From Squalus acanthias (Eukaryota), in contig CM059443.1 in assembly GCA_030390025.1 (NCBI GenBank), forward strand, positions 4,588,001 to 4,652,000: a stretch of 64,000 nucleotides of DNA, read 5' to 3'. The first letter of the stretch is position 1. Each line of letters begins with the position of its first letter. Made by a program: the position numbers and the translations under genes. Under the pieces are notes generated by a model, which saw only the letters and a list, made by a program, of their open reading frames with translations, was not told where the DNA came from and did not search any database. Below are positions 38,905 to 52,657 of the stretch, one piece after another.

Positions 38905-40429
38905 CTGAAATAGGAACCAGAGAAGATGTGTTTGTATAAAGTTATAGAAAAGTTTAGCATTTCAGAGTTTAATAGAAGCAGATTTTAAAGATTGCAGCTT
39001 CCTATAGTGGACCCCAGAAGTTCACTGAGTGACGGGGCATTGCCCCTTTAAGATTATACAGACTGTGTCAAAACAGAAGAGCTACAATTTCTTGCTGTAG
39101 AATTATTGTTTTAGGATCCTGCTGGTGACTCGCTGGATTAGAGCATCACTCACTCTGGGACTACACCTCCTGCTCCCAGGATCCATCCCCGGTCTGTGCC
39201 TAGTTAGCTGATCTAGGGCGAGGGCACCAGGGACGCTTCACTTGGCCTCAGTATCCCAGGTTAGGGAAAGAAGTGATCCAGGATCCCACTTCTGACCACA
39301 AACCAGTGACCTCTGCCATCATTGATTTGAAGTTGATAATCTACCCAAACAGGTGATGTGTTTTGGCACTGAGCCATTGAGGACTTGGGAGAGACACACT
39401 GAGTATAAAGTGGCTCCATCCCCATGTAATGTACCCACACCCTGTCCTACCAGCTGCACATTCCTCCTCTACAATTCCCCCCTTCCCTCACCACCCATCA
39501 CTAATGCCTCTGCTGTGCCACCACTGCCGAGCAAAGGATAAAAGATCTCAAACTCTCCACTGGCCCAGTGGGTGAGGGCACCAGGTGTGTGGTCCCGAGC
39601 TCTACAGACAGAGTGACAGGTTGGTCTGTGATGAGGCTCCAATTGGCACAGTGCCCCTGGTTTAGGAGAGGGGAACAAAAAGCTAACGTCCCCTTTCCTG
39701 GTTGATATCCAGTGACCCTTCTCCCGCCTCCCACTGCCCCCATTGGGAAGGTGCTCAGTTGTGGATGTGAGGCCAGGACAGGACATGGATATTGACAGGT
39801 GAATGACCCGCCGACACTCAGTGTCCCGGCTAATCTATGAAGAATGGTCAATTGGGGCAAGGTGGTGGAGGGCTCACAACTCCCATGGACACAAGCCTGA
39901 GGGAATGGGAGGGACGATTCTCAATATCCAAGTGTACACGGTGGGAAATTGGAAGTTGCAAAATGTTTTTAAAAAAGGAAAATCTACAAGTGCTGATGTG
40001 GGGCTGCCGGCGATGTACACAAAGCAGCAACAGTAACCCACCAGCACAGGCTCAGTGTCGACATGGCAACCGGCAGAATTCACAGTGAGCCAGTGGTGTG
40101 GGGCCCGGTCCGGGTGTTAGTGGTCAATGCCAAAGATCAGCACAAACCAGAGAGCCTTTTCACCGCAGTGCCGCTCCTACCAGAGTCCGGCTACAGACAG
40201 ATTCTGGTCCCCACACACCATTGGGGGGAATTGTACCCAGAACCAGAGCTCCAGCCTCAGAATGTACAGCAACCAGAATCACTCAGCATCAGGACTCAAA
40301 GGAGCAGTGCGGAGGGGAATGGATGGCGATGAAGGGAAGAGGAAAGGAAATAGAAGATGGGAGCGGAACTTTTTTGGATAGGAGTCAGGAGAGTTCCAGC
40401 ATGAACTGGGAGGATTGAGGAGGAGAGTT

Positions 40430-40722
40430 TCTGAGGGCGGGGAGTTGGATGGGGTACAGTGTCTGAGGGTGGGGAGGTGGATGGGTTACAGTGTCTGAGG
40501 GTGGGGAGGTGGATGGGTTACAGTGTCTGAGGGTGGGGAGGTGGATGGGGTACAGTGTCTGAGGGTGGGGAGGTGGACGGGGTACAGTGTCTGAGGGTGG
40601 GGAGGTGGATGGGGTACAGTGTCTGAGGGTGGGGAGGTGGATGGGGTACAGTGTCTGAGGGCGGGGAGGTGGACGGGGTACAGTGTCTGAGGGTGGGGAG
40701 GTGGACGGGGTACAGTATCTGA
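40430..40722 (+). repeat. 32-bp G-rich minisatellite x9 (cluster B)
   Basis: Duplicate of 28834-29126. Confidence 0.95.
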
Positions 40723-41324
40723 ACTGGCTCAAAAGGCGGTGTCAAGGACCTCAACTGGGGCAGGGAGGGAAGTTGTTCATGGAAAGGGAGTGACTGGTGG
40801 GGAATTGATGATCTGTCAAAAAATGGTTTAAGGATCAGGATGAAATTGGTGCAGACAAATGTGGGTCAGAGCACAACGTGGCACGATTGAAATCAGAATG
40901 TGGGGGAATGCTGGGGTGGGCAAGAATGACAGAATAATGAACTCTCAACAACATGGTATTAAACAGATCCAGAACCACCGATCCTGAGCAGTCTAGTCTA
41001 TGGAATCTGGAACTATGTCTGGACAACACTTCAGTGCAGTCCTGAGTGAGTAGAATACTGCATTATTAGTGGTGCTATTTTAGGAAAAGACCTTAAACTG
41101 AGGCCCATCGGTTTATTCAGGTGGATGCAAGAGATCCCATGACATGGTTGTCCCAGTGTCCTGGCCAATATTCCTCCCGAAACCAATACTGTCTCACTGT
41201 TGTGTGGGATCTTGCTGTGTTTTACTGCAGAACATTGAATGGATTACTTTTGAAGTGCAGTCAATGTGCAACACATCGGGACAGAAGGTTATAGAAATGC
41301 AATTATTTGTTCAATTTTTAATTT

Positions 41325-41816
41325 AAAGAAAGACTTGCATTTATATAGCGCCTTTCACAACATCCCAAAGCGCTTCAAAGCCATTTAAGTACTTTGAAGT
41401 GTCGTCACCTTTGTAATGTAGGAAATGCGGCAGCCAATATGTGCACAGCAAGCTCCCACAAACAGCAATTTGATAATGACCAGATCATTTGTTTTAATGA
41501 CACTGATTGAGGGATATTATTGGCAGGTACACCTTGGATAACTCCCCTACTAAAAGATCCCACGGCACGATTTCAAAGAGCGGGGGAGTTATCCCCGGTG
41601 TCCTGGCCAATATTTATCCCTCAACCAACATAACAAAAACAGATTATCTCTTCATTATCACATTGCTGTTTGTGGGAGCTTGCTGTGCGCATATTGGCTG
41701 CCGCATTTCCCACATTACAACAGTGACTACACTCCAAAAACGATTTCATTGGCTGGAAAGCGCTTTGAGATGTCCGGTGGTCGTGAAAGGCGCTATATAA
41801 ATGCAAGTCTTTCTTT
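41325..41816. mobile_element. Inverted Deu-SINE pair (cluster B)
   Basis: Duplicate of 29729-30220. Confidence 0.8.
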
Positions 41817-42303
41817 AGTTTTGACTAACTGAACAACAGCTGACACACATGTATTATATGTTTAATACATCCCAGTCCACCTAATGGTGAAAAATATTCT
41901 CACCATTGTTAAATAAAACAGCTCCACCATTGGAGGAGCAGGGGGGGCCACAATGTAACCCTTTCTCCCTCCATTCAGGTTTGAAAAAACTGCATCAGAC
42001 ACAGTGACCAAAACTATCTGCTCTGACTGTTTAAAAAATGCAATCCATCTTCACAGATAATTTTGGGATGAAAAGATTGCAATTCAATTAGAATTCAAAA
42101 ATTACACAGCACTAATTAGCAGCAACTGCTAGAAACACAGCACTAATGAACCGAGCGAGTGCTGGACACTAAACATTAATGTACTGGAATCAGCTATTTT
42201 ACTCTAAAATTAGTAGAAAAAGACAGTTTAAATTATTAATGAATTTCTAAATGTTCAAATTCACACAACTAGTTTCTCCAAGAGGGAAATCCCAGCCACT
42301 TAC

Positions 42304-42338
42304 CCGCAACAAAGAACTTGGTCCCTTTGCCGAGCACC
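42304..42338 (-). CDS. Ig light chain J segment, cluster B (VLGKGTKFFVA)
   Basis: Identical to the cluster A J; donor gtaagt. Confidence 0.9.
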
Positions 42339-42377
42339 CACTGTGTGATGTTCTAGGGTTCAGTCCATACAATTACT
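42339..42377 (+). other. J RSS, 23-bp spacer (cluster B)
   Basis: CACTGTG-23-ACAATTACT. Confidence 0.88.
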
Positions 42378-42692
42378 CAGGATCCTGGAATCAGTCAGAA
42401 AACACGTTCAGAAGCTCCAGTTCCCAGCATTAATCAGACTCCATGTATTCAGAGTGTCCCAGCTGGTGTGGGGCAGGAAGGAATGAACTCACAGCAACAT
42501 CCCCAGACTGACATTAAATGTCAGAAACACCCAATGCTGGGCAGTTAGACTCAGAATGTCAGCAATTCTGAAATGATATAAATTGGAAAATATTGTTTAA
42601 AAGGACAAAATTAAAGTGATTTTATGAACTGTAAAACATTAGAAAGTTTTATCAGATAGAAAGATATTAAGTGTATAACACTTGCTGCTCCC

Positions 42693-42720
42693 AGTTTTTG
42701 TTTTACCTTCTGTCACTGTG
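42693..42720 (-). other. V RSS, 12-bp spacer (cluster B)
   Basis: CACAGTG-12-ACAAAAACT. Confidence 0.95.
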
Positions 42721-43047
42721 ACACATAAGCACTGCTTCCTGAAACCCACGTTCCACAGTAATAGACGGCAGCGTCATTCACCTCCACGTTCTTTATGATT
42801 AACTGGTAAATGTTGTGGCCGCTGTTGGCTTTCGATGTGAAACGGTCGCTGCTAAACCCAGGACCATAGGTAGGGGCACTGCTAGAGTAATGGTAATAGA
42901 GGACCCATTGAGGAGCCGCTCCTGGTGTCTGCTTGTACCAGCTCACAACATAGCTAGCAACCGTTCCAGTGTTACAGTCGAGTGTGGCCGTTTCCCCTGG
43001 TTTCACAGTCAGGTCTGGAGGCTGAGTCAGAGTCTGAGACTGTCCAT
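42721..43047 (-). CDS. Ig light chain V exon (sigma-type), cluster B
   Basis: Same translation as the cluster A V exon. Confidence 0.93.
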
Positions 43048-43152
43048 CTGTAAAAGAGCAGGGATTAAACATTACACATTGACCCTTTAAAAGTGATCCC
43101 AAGCCCCCCATCTGCTGCTGCGGGAGGAGCAGAGTTCAGTGTCTGTACTTAC

Positions 43153-43198
43153 AGCCCAGCCACAGCGCCAGAGACCAGAAAAAGCACAGCGTCTGCAT
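43153..43198 (-). CDS. Leader exon, cluster B
   Basis: MQTLCFFWSLALWLG plus phase-1 donor. Confidence 0.93.
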
Positions 43199-43280
43199 CG
43201 TTTCAGTCAGTGAGCTTCCTGCCTGCCTTCCCCGAGTGTATCTGTGACAGACTGTGGCAGCAGCTGCCCATTGAACCCAG

Positions 43281-43320
43281 TTATAGACCCATTCACATCA
43301 GGAAGGAAACCCATGCAAAT
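43281..43320 (-). promoter_or_regulatory. V promoter of cluster B: octamer (43313-43320) and TATAA
   Basis: ATTTGCAT on the minus strand, same spacing as cluster A. Confidence 0.88.
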
Positions 43321-44603
43321 GAGAGCGATTCACACTGACCAACCAGGGCAAGGATCTGAAACCCTCCCATTCAGCGTCAGAGACTGTCAGATTGAGGCAG
43401 TGACAGCTCAGCACTGTCAGCAACGGACTTACATCTTAAACAGAAGATAGTTTATTGTCTGATATTTCCCAGTTTCTGCTTCTTCTCTCCAGGGCTGGAG
43501 TTTAAACTGCAGATCACTCCTCCAATAACAAGAACTCTCTGCTATACCACAGTCTGGTGCAATACTCTCAGCTCGTGGCTCTCTCATTAATACAGAGACC
43601 TTATAAAACTGGAGGACTGCGACACTTTTCAGCACCACACACTGATACAGCGCACGTTCCTGGGAGCACCCTCCCAGAGAAACCATCTGAAACATTCTCT
43701 ATACAGCGAGCTCCTCACCCGAGGACACTTACTGTGTGACTCCTACACAGAGTCCTGACTCAATGTGTTTGGTGAACCCCCTCAGTTAGTGTTTAGACAA
43801 TCTTGCTGTGTGTGTGTTGCCACTGGTCCAACAGTGAGTGAACATGCTTAACAGGGAAGGGGCTGAAGTTATAACTAGTTACCGATTTACTAACTTGCCA
43901 GCAACTGACTATCATATTTTGACCTGCTAACAACCAGCAGCTGACTATTAAGACTATTAAATATATTCTACTAACTGCTAAATACAGTCTATTATCTGAG
44001 TATTTGCTATTTTCATAGAATCAGGACATTGAGAGCCAATTGCAATGCCAGTAGGTTGGTGCCGCCCAAAGCAGCTGCCCCGAGTGGGCGTGAAACTGAC
44101 AAACCCCTGGAGTCCCAGCAGGAAGTGTGGGCTGTTATTTTAAGGAGAGGGGCTGTCCAGAACAGAGTCAAACCCTCTAGATCTGTATTTTATACCCACA
44201 TTACACAAATATCTTGGTTTCTGTTCCATCTGACATCTTCCTTTCAGTAACTGTTAGACACCTCACTGCTTAAAGGAACAATGGTCTAGAAATTGGATAT
44301 GGCCAAGAAACAGGCAGTTTCCTGGCCCAACGATGTTAAGCTGTGCCAGGTCAAAATGGTCTAGGTAGCATGCAAAATTCATGCTTAGTCCTTATTAACA
44401 TGATTATAGTCTTGATTTCAGCGCCAAAACTGCTGCTCATTGGCTTAACGCTCAAGGTGGGCCAATATCAGTTACAGTCTAATTCCCAGTCATGTTTGCC
44501 ACAGGCTTTATTCAGTACTTCCAGGGGAGACGCATTGATGCTGCAGCACCTCATTGTCAAGCATCTCACAACAGCAGCTGGAAAAGGACGATACTGCTAA
44601 CTC

Positions 44604-46505
44604 ATAGCAGAGAGTCAGCACGGAGAGAGCCCGCAGATTCTCCGACGCAACTCTTGAGGCCCTGATTGTGACCGTGGAGCGGAGGCAGGTTGTCCACTTC
44701 CCACACTGGCAGGAATCCCTCGCCACACACCACACAAAGGCCATGGCAGGAGATAGCCGCCCATGTCACGGCCAGCACTGTGACCTCAAGGTCGGCCATC
44801 CAGTGCCGAAAGATGTTTAATGACCTCACACAGCAGCTCAAAGTAAGTGAAGGCTTCAGCAACTGCTATATCCCACCATCTGCACCACAAGCCTCACACA
44901 CTACCCAATGCACCACACCCCCAGCACTCACCTACCAACAACCACTGCCTCTCGCCACTCACACCTCACAATCAGAGCATCACTTCACCCTCACAACCTT
45001 ACCACCGCTGCAACACTCACACCCACATCTCACACCTTGTACACACTGACAGCTATTCAACTATGGCAGGCACATCACCCAAACACATTGCACCACACTC
45101 ACTCACACACTTCTCTTTCTCTTGCAGACCAAGGTCACGCGTTATCGGAGCGAGCAGCAGTAGACAGGTGGGGGCAGGCTGCCATCCACGACCTCAGCCA
45201 GCTGGAGGAGAGAGTGCTGGACATCATTGGGCGGCCGATCATAGAGGCCTTGGCAACTGGCGAGGTTGAACCACATGGGGACAACAACGGTATGCTCATT
45301 CCTAATCCTTCTTCTCACATCAACTTCCCCCTCATCCCACAATCTCTTCTCACTTTCAAGGTGCTGATGCTGTCTGCCTGCATATCCTGCTTCCGGCCCC
45401 CCTCCCCTCACCATAACCCGACTCTTGTGCCTTTCTGCTTTCAGATAATCAAGAACAAGCACCTGAGCAGCATGTCCCTGAGGCGATNNNNNNNNNNNNN
45501 NNNNNNNNNNNNNNNNNNNNNNNNNNNNNNNNNNNNNNNNNNNNNNNNNNNNNNNNNNNNNNNNNNNNNNNNNNNNNNNNNNNNNNNNNNNNNNNNNNNN
45601 NNNNNNNNNNNNNNNNNNNNNNNNNNNNNNNNNNNNNNNNNNNNNNNNNNNNNNNNNNNNNNNNNNNNNNNNNNNNNNNNNNNNNNNNNNNNNNNNNNNT
45701 CACTCTCAGACAGCAGTTCAGAAACTGGCACTGTGCGTACTTCAGAGGCTAGTGTAGAAGCACGGTCTGCACAGGGTGAGGCTCCGGGCAGGAGTGGGCA
45801 GCAGGGGAAAGGGTAGCTCGGGGGCCAGCTCCCCGGAGGCTGAGTTCGCACACGAGTTCAGCTGCACAGGACTCAGATGAGGATCTTGATGGGGGTGTTC
45901 AGTAAAATGTGATGGGCATGCACACCGAATTGCTAGATGTAATGGCAAGCCTGGCAGAGAGCCTCTTGGTAATGTCAAGGAGCATGGAGGAGTCCGCCTC
46001 CAACATTGCGCGGGGCTCTGCGCAGAGGTTGGAGCCCAGGATTTCCAGGCTGGAAATGATGGAAGACTCCCGACGAGACCGTGTCAACCCAGACATGATG
46101 GTGCGTGTGATGGGCAATGTCACGGCTGCCATTGCAGCACAGGCAGAAGCGACCCAGCGTCTTAGTGCTGCAGCGGATGCGCAGACTGCTCTCATGCAGT
46201 CTCAGCTTGCTGCCACCCAAGCTCAGATGGCTGCCATTATGGTTGGGTTTACCAGTGTCACCCATGGCTTTCACGGTGTCGCAGCAGCCCAGCAATCTGT
46301 GCTCCAACAGATTGCTAGGAATGATGAGGCGCTGCCCCGGGGGAGTGGCAGTGGGTCAATGGAACAGGACCCTGCTGTCCTCTCTCAGGATGACAACATT
46401 CCTGTTCCCACCACTGCCACTTCGCCATTGCCCTTGCTATTGCCTGTCAGCCAGCCAGCCCAGACTGCTGCCGCCCATGCCAAGGCGGTGCAGTCTACAG
46501 CCTAG
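44604..46505 (+). pseudogene. Harbinger Myb/SANT-like DNA-binding gene (spliced, disrupted)
   Basis: RFSDATLEAL...WQEIAAHVTA...RSAIQCRKMFNDL; donor at 44843, exon about 45128-45289 (TGGG...LSQLEERVLDIIG), acceptor at 45444; frameshifts and stops. Confidence 0.75.
45488..45699. other. Assembly gap (212 N)
   Basis: Run of N. Confidence 1.
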
Positions 46506-46859
46506 CCTTCTAGGGCCAGAGCTGCTCGAGGCAGTCCTGTCAGGCCATCTGAAACCTCCTCCATGGAAACTCATCAGCCTCCCACTAGCCATGCTGCAGC
46601 CACTGGCGAGCACTTCGTAGGAGCAGTAGGACAGGAAAGGGCACCCGAACGACAGGCTCTAAGGGAATGCACAAGGGTGATTGGTTCATATCGTAAGTGT
46701 AAATATGTGTGACGTGATTTCGGATAAATTTATTAATTTTGTTTGGAATCATTTGTGTTGTCTCTCATTTCAGCTTTGTGCCCTGGAGGACGCTGTGATA
46801 TTCCGTGACAGAGGGATGCTATGATGGGGATGAGGTGAGCAATGGGGATCTGGGGTTTT

Positions 46860-48021
46860 GTTCATTGGAATTGGAGTCTCATGAGGTGTTCATGGACAGT
46901 CCATCCAGAAGGGGGAATGGCTGCCTGCCTCCTCCCTGCCTCCTCGTCCTCTTCCTCTACCTACTCTTCCTCCTCCACCTCCTCTCCCTCGTCCTCCTCC
47001 TGAGGGGGTCCCTCAATCCCTGCTGGCAAGGGCTGTGCCCTCATGATGACCAAGTTGTGAAGCATGCAGCAGACCACCACAAAATGGAACACCCACTCCG
47101 GCGTGTACCGGCGGGCTCCTCCCGAGCAGTCAAGGCAGCGGAACCGTTGCTTCAATAGCCCATGGTCTGTTTGATGATGTTCCTGATGGAAGCATGGCTC
47201 TCATTATATGAGTGCTGGGCACGAGTGGTGGGGTTGCGGAGGGGAGTCATGAGCCAGGTGCAGAGCTGATAGCCCTTGTCTCTGAGCAGTCACCCTCGAG
47301 CTAGGCGTGGTGGCTGGAAGATTGCTGGCACACCGGACCGACACAGGATGAAGGCATCATGGCTGCTGCCAGGATAGCGGGCATTGACCATCAGGAAGCG
47401 GTGGGCGTGGTCGCACACCAACTGCACATGAAGTGAGTGGCAGCCTTTGCGATTACGGAAGTTCTCAGGATTGATATGTGACGCCCGCAAAGCCACGTAT
47501 GTGCAGTCGATAGCGCCCTGTACCATGGAGAAGTCCGCTATCCTGGCAAAGCCACATGCACGCTCCACCTGCTTCTCTCTGCTCAGAGAGAAGAAAACGT
47601 AGTCCCTTCTTCTGCTGTAGAGAGCCTCTGTGACCTCCCAGTTGCAGTGATGGATGGCGAACTGTGAGATGTTAGCTATGTCTCCTGCTGCAGACTGGAA
47701 GGATCCGCTGGGGAAGAAATTGAGGGCAACGGTGACCTTGACTGCCACTGGGAGAGCCGTGTTCGCCCTGCTCTCAGGCTGCAGGTCTGGTTGCAGGAGG
47801 TGGCAGAGTTCTGTGACCACCTCCTTGGTGAAGCATAACCTCTGAATACACTGGTCCTCGCTTTAATGCTCTCTGAAAATCCGAGGTGGGTAAGGCCGCC
47901 TGTTGAGAGCCGTCCTGGCCCTTCTCCTCCTCCCTCTGTGCACATCTTTTCATCTTCTTCGTTGCCTCCGCACCCTCTCCCGAAGATACTCGAGCACGAG
48001 GGGGTCGGCCAGTAGAGCCAT
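46860..48021 (-). pseudogene. Harbinger (HARBI1-like) transposase, disrupted
   Basis: [64 protein letters not shown]. Confidence 0.9.
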
Positions 48022-48619
48022 GACTGTGAGCAAGTGTTGTGAACGGAAGCCTTTAAATAAGAATGAAGGCTTTCTCCACTTGCAACAACACTCTCTATTA
48101 CCTTAGAACCTTGAAAGAAGTTTATAAAGCTGCTGGAGTTTCAGAAAGTTGCACAGAGCCAGTCAAACTGAACAAACATGTCATGTGCAAGTAGTTCCTG
48201 ATGATCCCTTTAAATACCGCTGCTGGAGCCTCCTTCCTGGCTGTCAACGCTTGCTCAGCTCGTCGCACTTAAGGCATGTCAGTAAGTTGAACGGCGAACT
48301 CCTCACTCGCAGATCAGGCATCAAATGAGCTTTGTACACCCTCTGACGTCACGATCTGCATCATCTATGTGATTTTAGCGATCGTTGACATCGGCCGCCG
48401 TGGGGCCCGCCGGCAGTGGGCGGAAGAGCAGCATCCGGCTTTGTTTCACCGGAATCTGGCAGTAACGGGTGGCGATAAACCCCCGAATTTCTAGGCCATT
48501 GCCTCCAGTACTGTGGGGAGTCTTTGAGCAGGGTCAGGTTTCGAAGAACTGTTTCCGAGGTTTTGCCATGTTGGTTGCTCGGGTAACTTCACCCTGTAGC
48601 TTTATTCACTGAACACCAC

Positions 48620-48795
48620 GGGGGTCAGTTTAACGTTGGGCGTTGGTGATATTGAACTCGCCACCCATTATACTGCCTGAGTTTAGTTTCCTTTCCATTC
48701 AAGTCATAGAAAGGGAAAATCGGACGAGATGTATAATGGGCGTTCAATTCGATATCGTCCATCTTACACCTCCGCCCAAAGTTAAAATGACAACC
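48620..48795. mobile_element. ~175-bp palindromic MITE
   Basis: ggggtcagtttaacgttgggcg / cgcccaaagttaaaatgacaacc, with inner arms cccattata/tataatggg and tttcctttc/gaaagggaaa. Confidence 0.7.
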
Positions 48796-49299
48796 TATGT
48801 GATTTTATTCTTCTTCAGTCCCATTTTTCCTCCTTTTCTGAAAGCTGTGACTCAGGCTGGTGTGGGTGTCAGCGCCAATCAGTCACACTGCCCACGTGAC
48901 CATTCTTCACGTGGGACCCTAGACAGTGTGTGTAGACAGACAAGTGTATCGTAGACAAACAACCGGCCCAATCCTGTCCGCATCTCACATCCAGCAATCA
49001 GGGGGACTGTCGATGACCAGGAGTGTGGGAATTCTGGCTGATCTTTCACTTGTAGCCCCGGAGCAATGAAGGTAGTTGTCGCTCTCATTGCATTGCCCAG
49101 GGAAGATCAGCTATCCCATCCCGGAGCAGGAACAAGCCCTTCGACCCTCCGAGTCTGTATATCTCAATACCGTGGTACTGTGTATAGACTCCACCATTAA
49201 ACCCCTTCCATTGTGGGTGTGCAATAGCTGGTATCTGTGGTCAATGCCATCCCTCCACATTGTGACACCTCTGGTGCCCACATCAGCTATCATTGCAGA

Positions 49300-50257
49300 A
49301 CCTATGCCGTTTTGTACTGTCGATTCACATCCTCTAGGAGGAGATTATCAATGATGTACTGAGTGCAGCAGCATGAATTAGGAGCTCTATCCCACAACCA
49401 TTGGCTCTGGTGAGCACTGCAGGGCTCCTCCAGAGAGCTCCAGGCAGCGGAAGCGTTGTTTAAAGTCGCCAGTGATCTGCTCTATTATCCATGTGGCAGC
49501 ATGGCTTCCGTTATATGCAGGCTGCCCACATGTTCGTGGGTTACACAGCGAAGACATGAGCCAGGTAGTCAGCAGATAGCCCTTGTCGATCAGTAGCCAC
49601 CCTCTGGTTTGTCATAGTGGCTCAAATGCTGATGGTTCAGTGGACTGCCACAGAATGAAGGCACCATGGCTGCTGCCAGGATACCGAGCATTGATTTACA
49701 TGATGCGCTGAGTATGGTCGTACACCAGCTGGATATTGAGGAAGTGGAATTCCTTCCAGTTGCGGTACATCTCGGGATTGAGATGCGGCGCCCAAACGCG
49801 ACGAGTGTGCCATCAATGGCACCCTGCAGCAAGGGGAAACCTGCAATCCTGGCAAAGCCGCGTGCTCACTCCGCCTGCTTCTTTCCGGCAAGAGAGAATG
49901 AAATGTATGCAGCTCTCCTTGCATACAGAGCCTCACTCACCTCCTTGTACAGGAGTGGACGGCCAACTGGGAGATGTTACAGATGTCGCAGCCTGGAAGG
50001 AGCCCGTGAGTTGAAGTTCAAGGCCACGGTCACCTTTACAGCCACTGGCAATGCCGTTCTTGCCCTGGGCTGAGGCTACAGGTCTGCCTGCATCAGGTGG
50101 CAAATTTCAGTGAGCACCTCCTTAGCAAAACTGAGATGTCGCATGCACTGTTCCTCACTGAGATTGAGGTCGGAGAATTGATCCCTGAAGGCCTTGGATG
50201 CATATAGCCTCCTGCTGACAGCCCTTCTCGGGCGCTTCACAACCGAATTTTTAGCCC
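49300..50257 (-). mobile_element. Second Harbinger remnant (transposase fragments and one TIR)
   Basis: LQGAIDGTLVA and DKGY-like segments; ccgaatttttagccc end resembles the TIR of the 44283-48497 element. Confidence 0.8.
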
Positions 50258-52657
50258 GCAGAGTCTAAACCAGGAAGTATGAATTTGAATATTTAATTCA
50301 TGGTAAAATCATGTACAGACATTTGAAATAAAGTGAGGTAAAGAAAGATGGGATTAAGAGCAAGAGATAAAAGAGGCAGAAAGAAAAAGTAACAAAAAAT
50401 TATTTTAATTTTTGTCTTATTAAATATCTCCAACAATAATTCAATTTTGAAAAAATGAGACTCCACATTTGCAAATGTAATTCCCAGTACCAGAGAGTTT
50501 GTTTGGCAGTAATAAAGGTCTTATCACCAATGTTCCATCTAATTTTTTTTCATCCACGGTCCCTTTAACTGGTTGCACGGCCCATTCCAATATTCGTGCA
50601 TGTGCGGTTTCATCCATGTAAAAGCCAGTGAGCGGCCTGCGTGGGATCTCCAGACCGCTGCCGTGCAGCTTAGCGGGAACGTTGCATATCACGCCGTTAA
50701 AATTCACTTACACCTGAATGCACCAGCTCTAACTTTTCCTGCCATGTTTAGTGGGTTCCACAACTTCACACCTTTACATGGATTTCAATGCCGACTCTAT
50801 CGGCGAGGTACCGGTGGAGCGAAGCTTGTGGAGGAGCCGGGCAAATCGGACAGCAACTTCCGGATTTCCATGTTTAACTGCGAATGTGCGGACTCCAGAG
50901 GTTGCTGTCCCATTTACTCCATAATAAGTGAGTGCTGTTAGCATCACCGTTATTCTTAACGCAAAATCCGGGCCACTGTGTTATTGGGTCATTTCTACCT
51001 TTGTTTTAGAAATGATCCCAGAACAGAACACTGTGAGACACCACTAGACACACTCTGAGAAACTGCCTTAACCCCTACACTCTGTTTCCTCCATTATAAC
51101 CAGTTTTAATCCAATTAGCTATCCTTCCCCTAATTCCATTACCCCTGAATCTTCTCCAATAGTCTCCTGTGTGATACCTTGTCAAACGCTTCCTGAAAGT
51201 CCGTGTGCAACACATCTGCTGCATTTCACCATCCACCATATCAGTCACCGCCTCAATGGCAATAGACTTCACACTGGATGCTGAATTGCAGTCATGTTTC
51301 TTTAAACTGCTTATGTAATGTGCCTGGATTTAGAGGAACAGTTTCCAAATGAAAATTTGCTCATTGACCCAAGAGCCGGACTCACTGAGATCCTGAGGTC
51401 AGAAAATTTATGTCACCGACATCCATGTCAGTATCAGTGCAACCTTCGACATGCTCCAGAGGGAAGGAGAGTAAAATACAGCGTTTCTCAGGCTCCTTGG
51501 GGTGAAGCTGGTAGGTCCAACTATAAAAAGCTCAGAAGGTTTGTAATTGGGCCCCTTTTGTAGGAGGGCCCATCTCATGGTGGCCACAACTTCAGCATTG
51601 GAGTGTTCCAAGCCATTAAGATAGCCTGGAACACTCTGGTGGGCCCACCCCTGTATCTTGACAGCATACGTTGAAGGCTCAGGAGGCAGGGCTCCAGCAG
51701 ACAGCACCATCCCACCAGTCACACTTCCTTTTAATACCCCAGGCTACAAGTGGGGGGTGCAACTACTGGCCATCCCAGTCCCCCGGGAAATCCCCGCGCT
51801 CGTATTATCACCAAGTCCCGCCATCATTTCCAGGCCAGGACCCGAGAGCTGTCAGGTACACATTTTATACTGGCATGGTGCATGCTGGGAGCAGAGCGTC
51901 ACCAATGTTGCTTCCTTCTTCTTTCTCTCTCCAGAAATATTATTTCTCTCTATTTGATCATTATTGTGGTTATATGAACGTTCCTCCCTTATTCCTCCTA
52001 AGCTCCAAACAGTCTGTCCCACAGTCCCTTCGTCCTTCCTGCATTGTCACTGTGTTAAAATCAAGACTCATCACAATGTCCCCATTTTAACTCATTCTTT
52101 CTAGTGCCTCAGAAATGTGGAACTCCTGAGTCTCTCCTTCGCCCTATAATCCAGTTGTTTTAAATCCAATGTTGTCTTCACTCTTGAGTTACCTTATCTG
52201 ACCCCCAGCCCCCTCCTCTCTTCAACATTTCTGATGTCCTGCTCTTCACCAAAGTTTCTCAATGGAAAGATGTCGTTACTTTGATTCGGCAAAACAGGTG
52301 ATGTGGGTTCCCTTCCCACAGTGCACCTTGTTTTGGATCGGGCTTTTCCCAAGTCTTTTGACCTTTGGCCTTGGCTAAAAGGCGGTTTCCATAAGCAAAC
52401 CACGTCGCCCAGGATCTGGCACAATATGGGTGTTGTGCATCGTACAGCGGCCCAGGATTAACAGTTAAACCCTGTTCAGGGTTACAGGAGCTAGCTTCAA
52501 AGGACAGGTCACCCCTGTTTATTCATTACTCACAGACAGACCCCTATCAGACAACAATACAAAAGCAAAATACTGCGGATGCTGGAAATCTGAAATAAAA
52601 ACAGAAAACGCTGGAAATACTCAGCAGGTCAGGCAGCATCTATGGAGAGAGAAACAG

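Larger units (their letters stand above)
44283..48497. mobile_element. PIF/Harbinger DNA transposon, two-gene architecture, defective
   Basis: TIRs GGTCTAGAAATT / AATTTCTAGGCC; convergent Myb/SANT-like gene (+) and DDE transposase (-). Confidence 0.88.

Noticed and set aside
47290-47820. Possible domesticated HARBI1 gene (also 55132-55695)
   Set aside because: Flanked by TIRs, multi-copy, and broken by stops and frameshifts.
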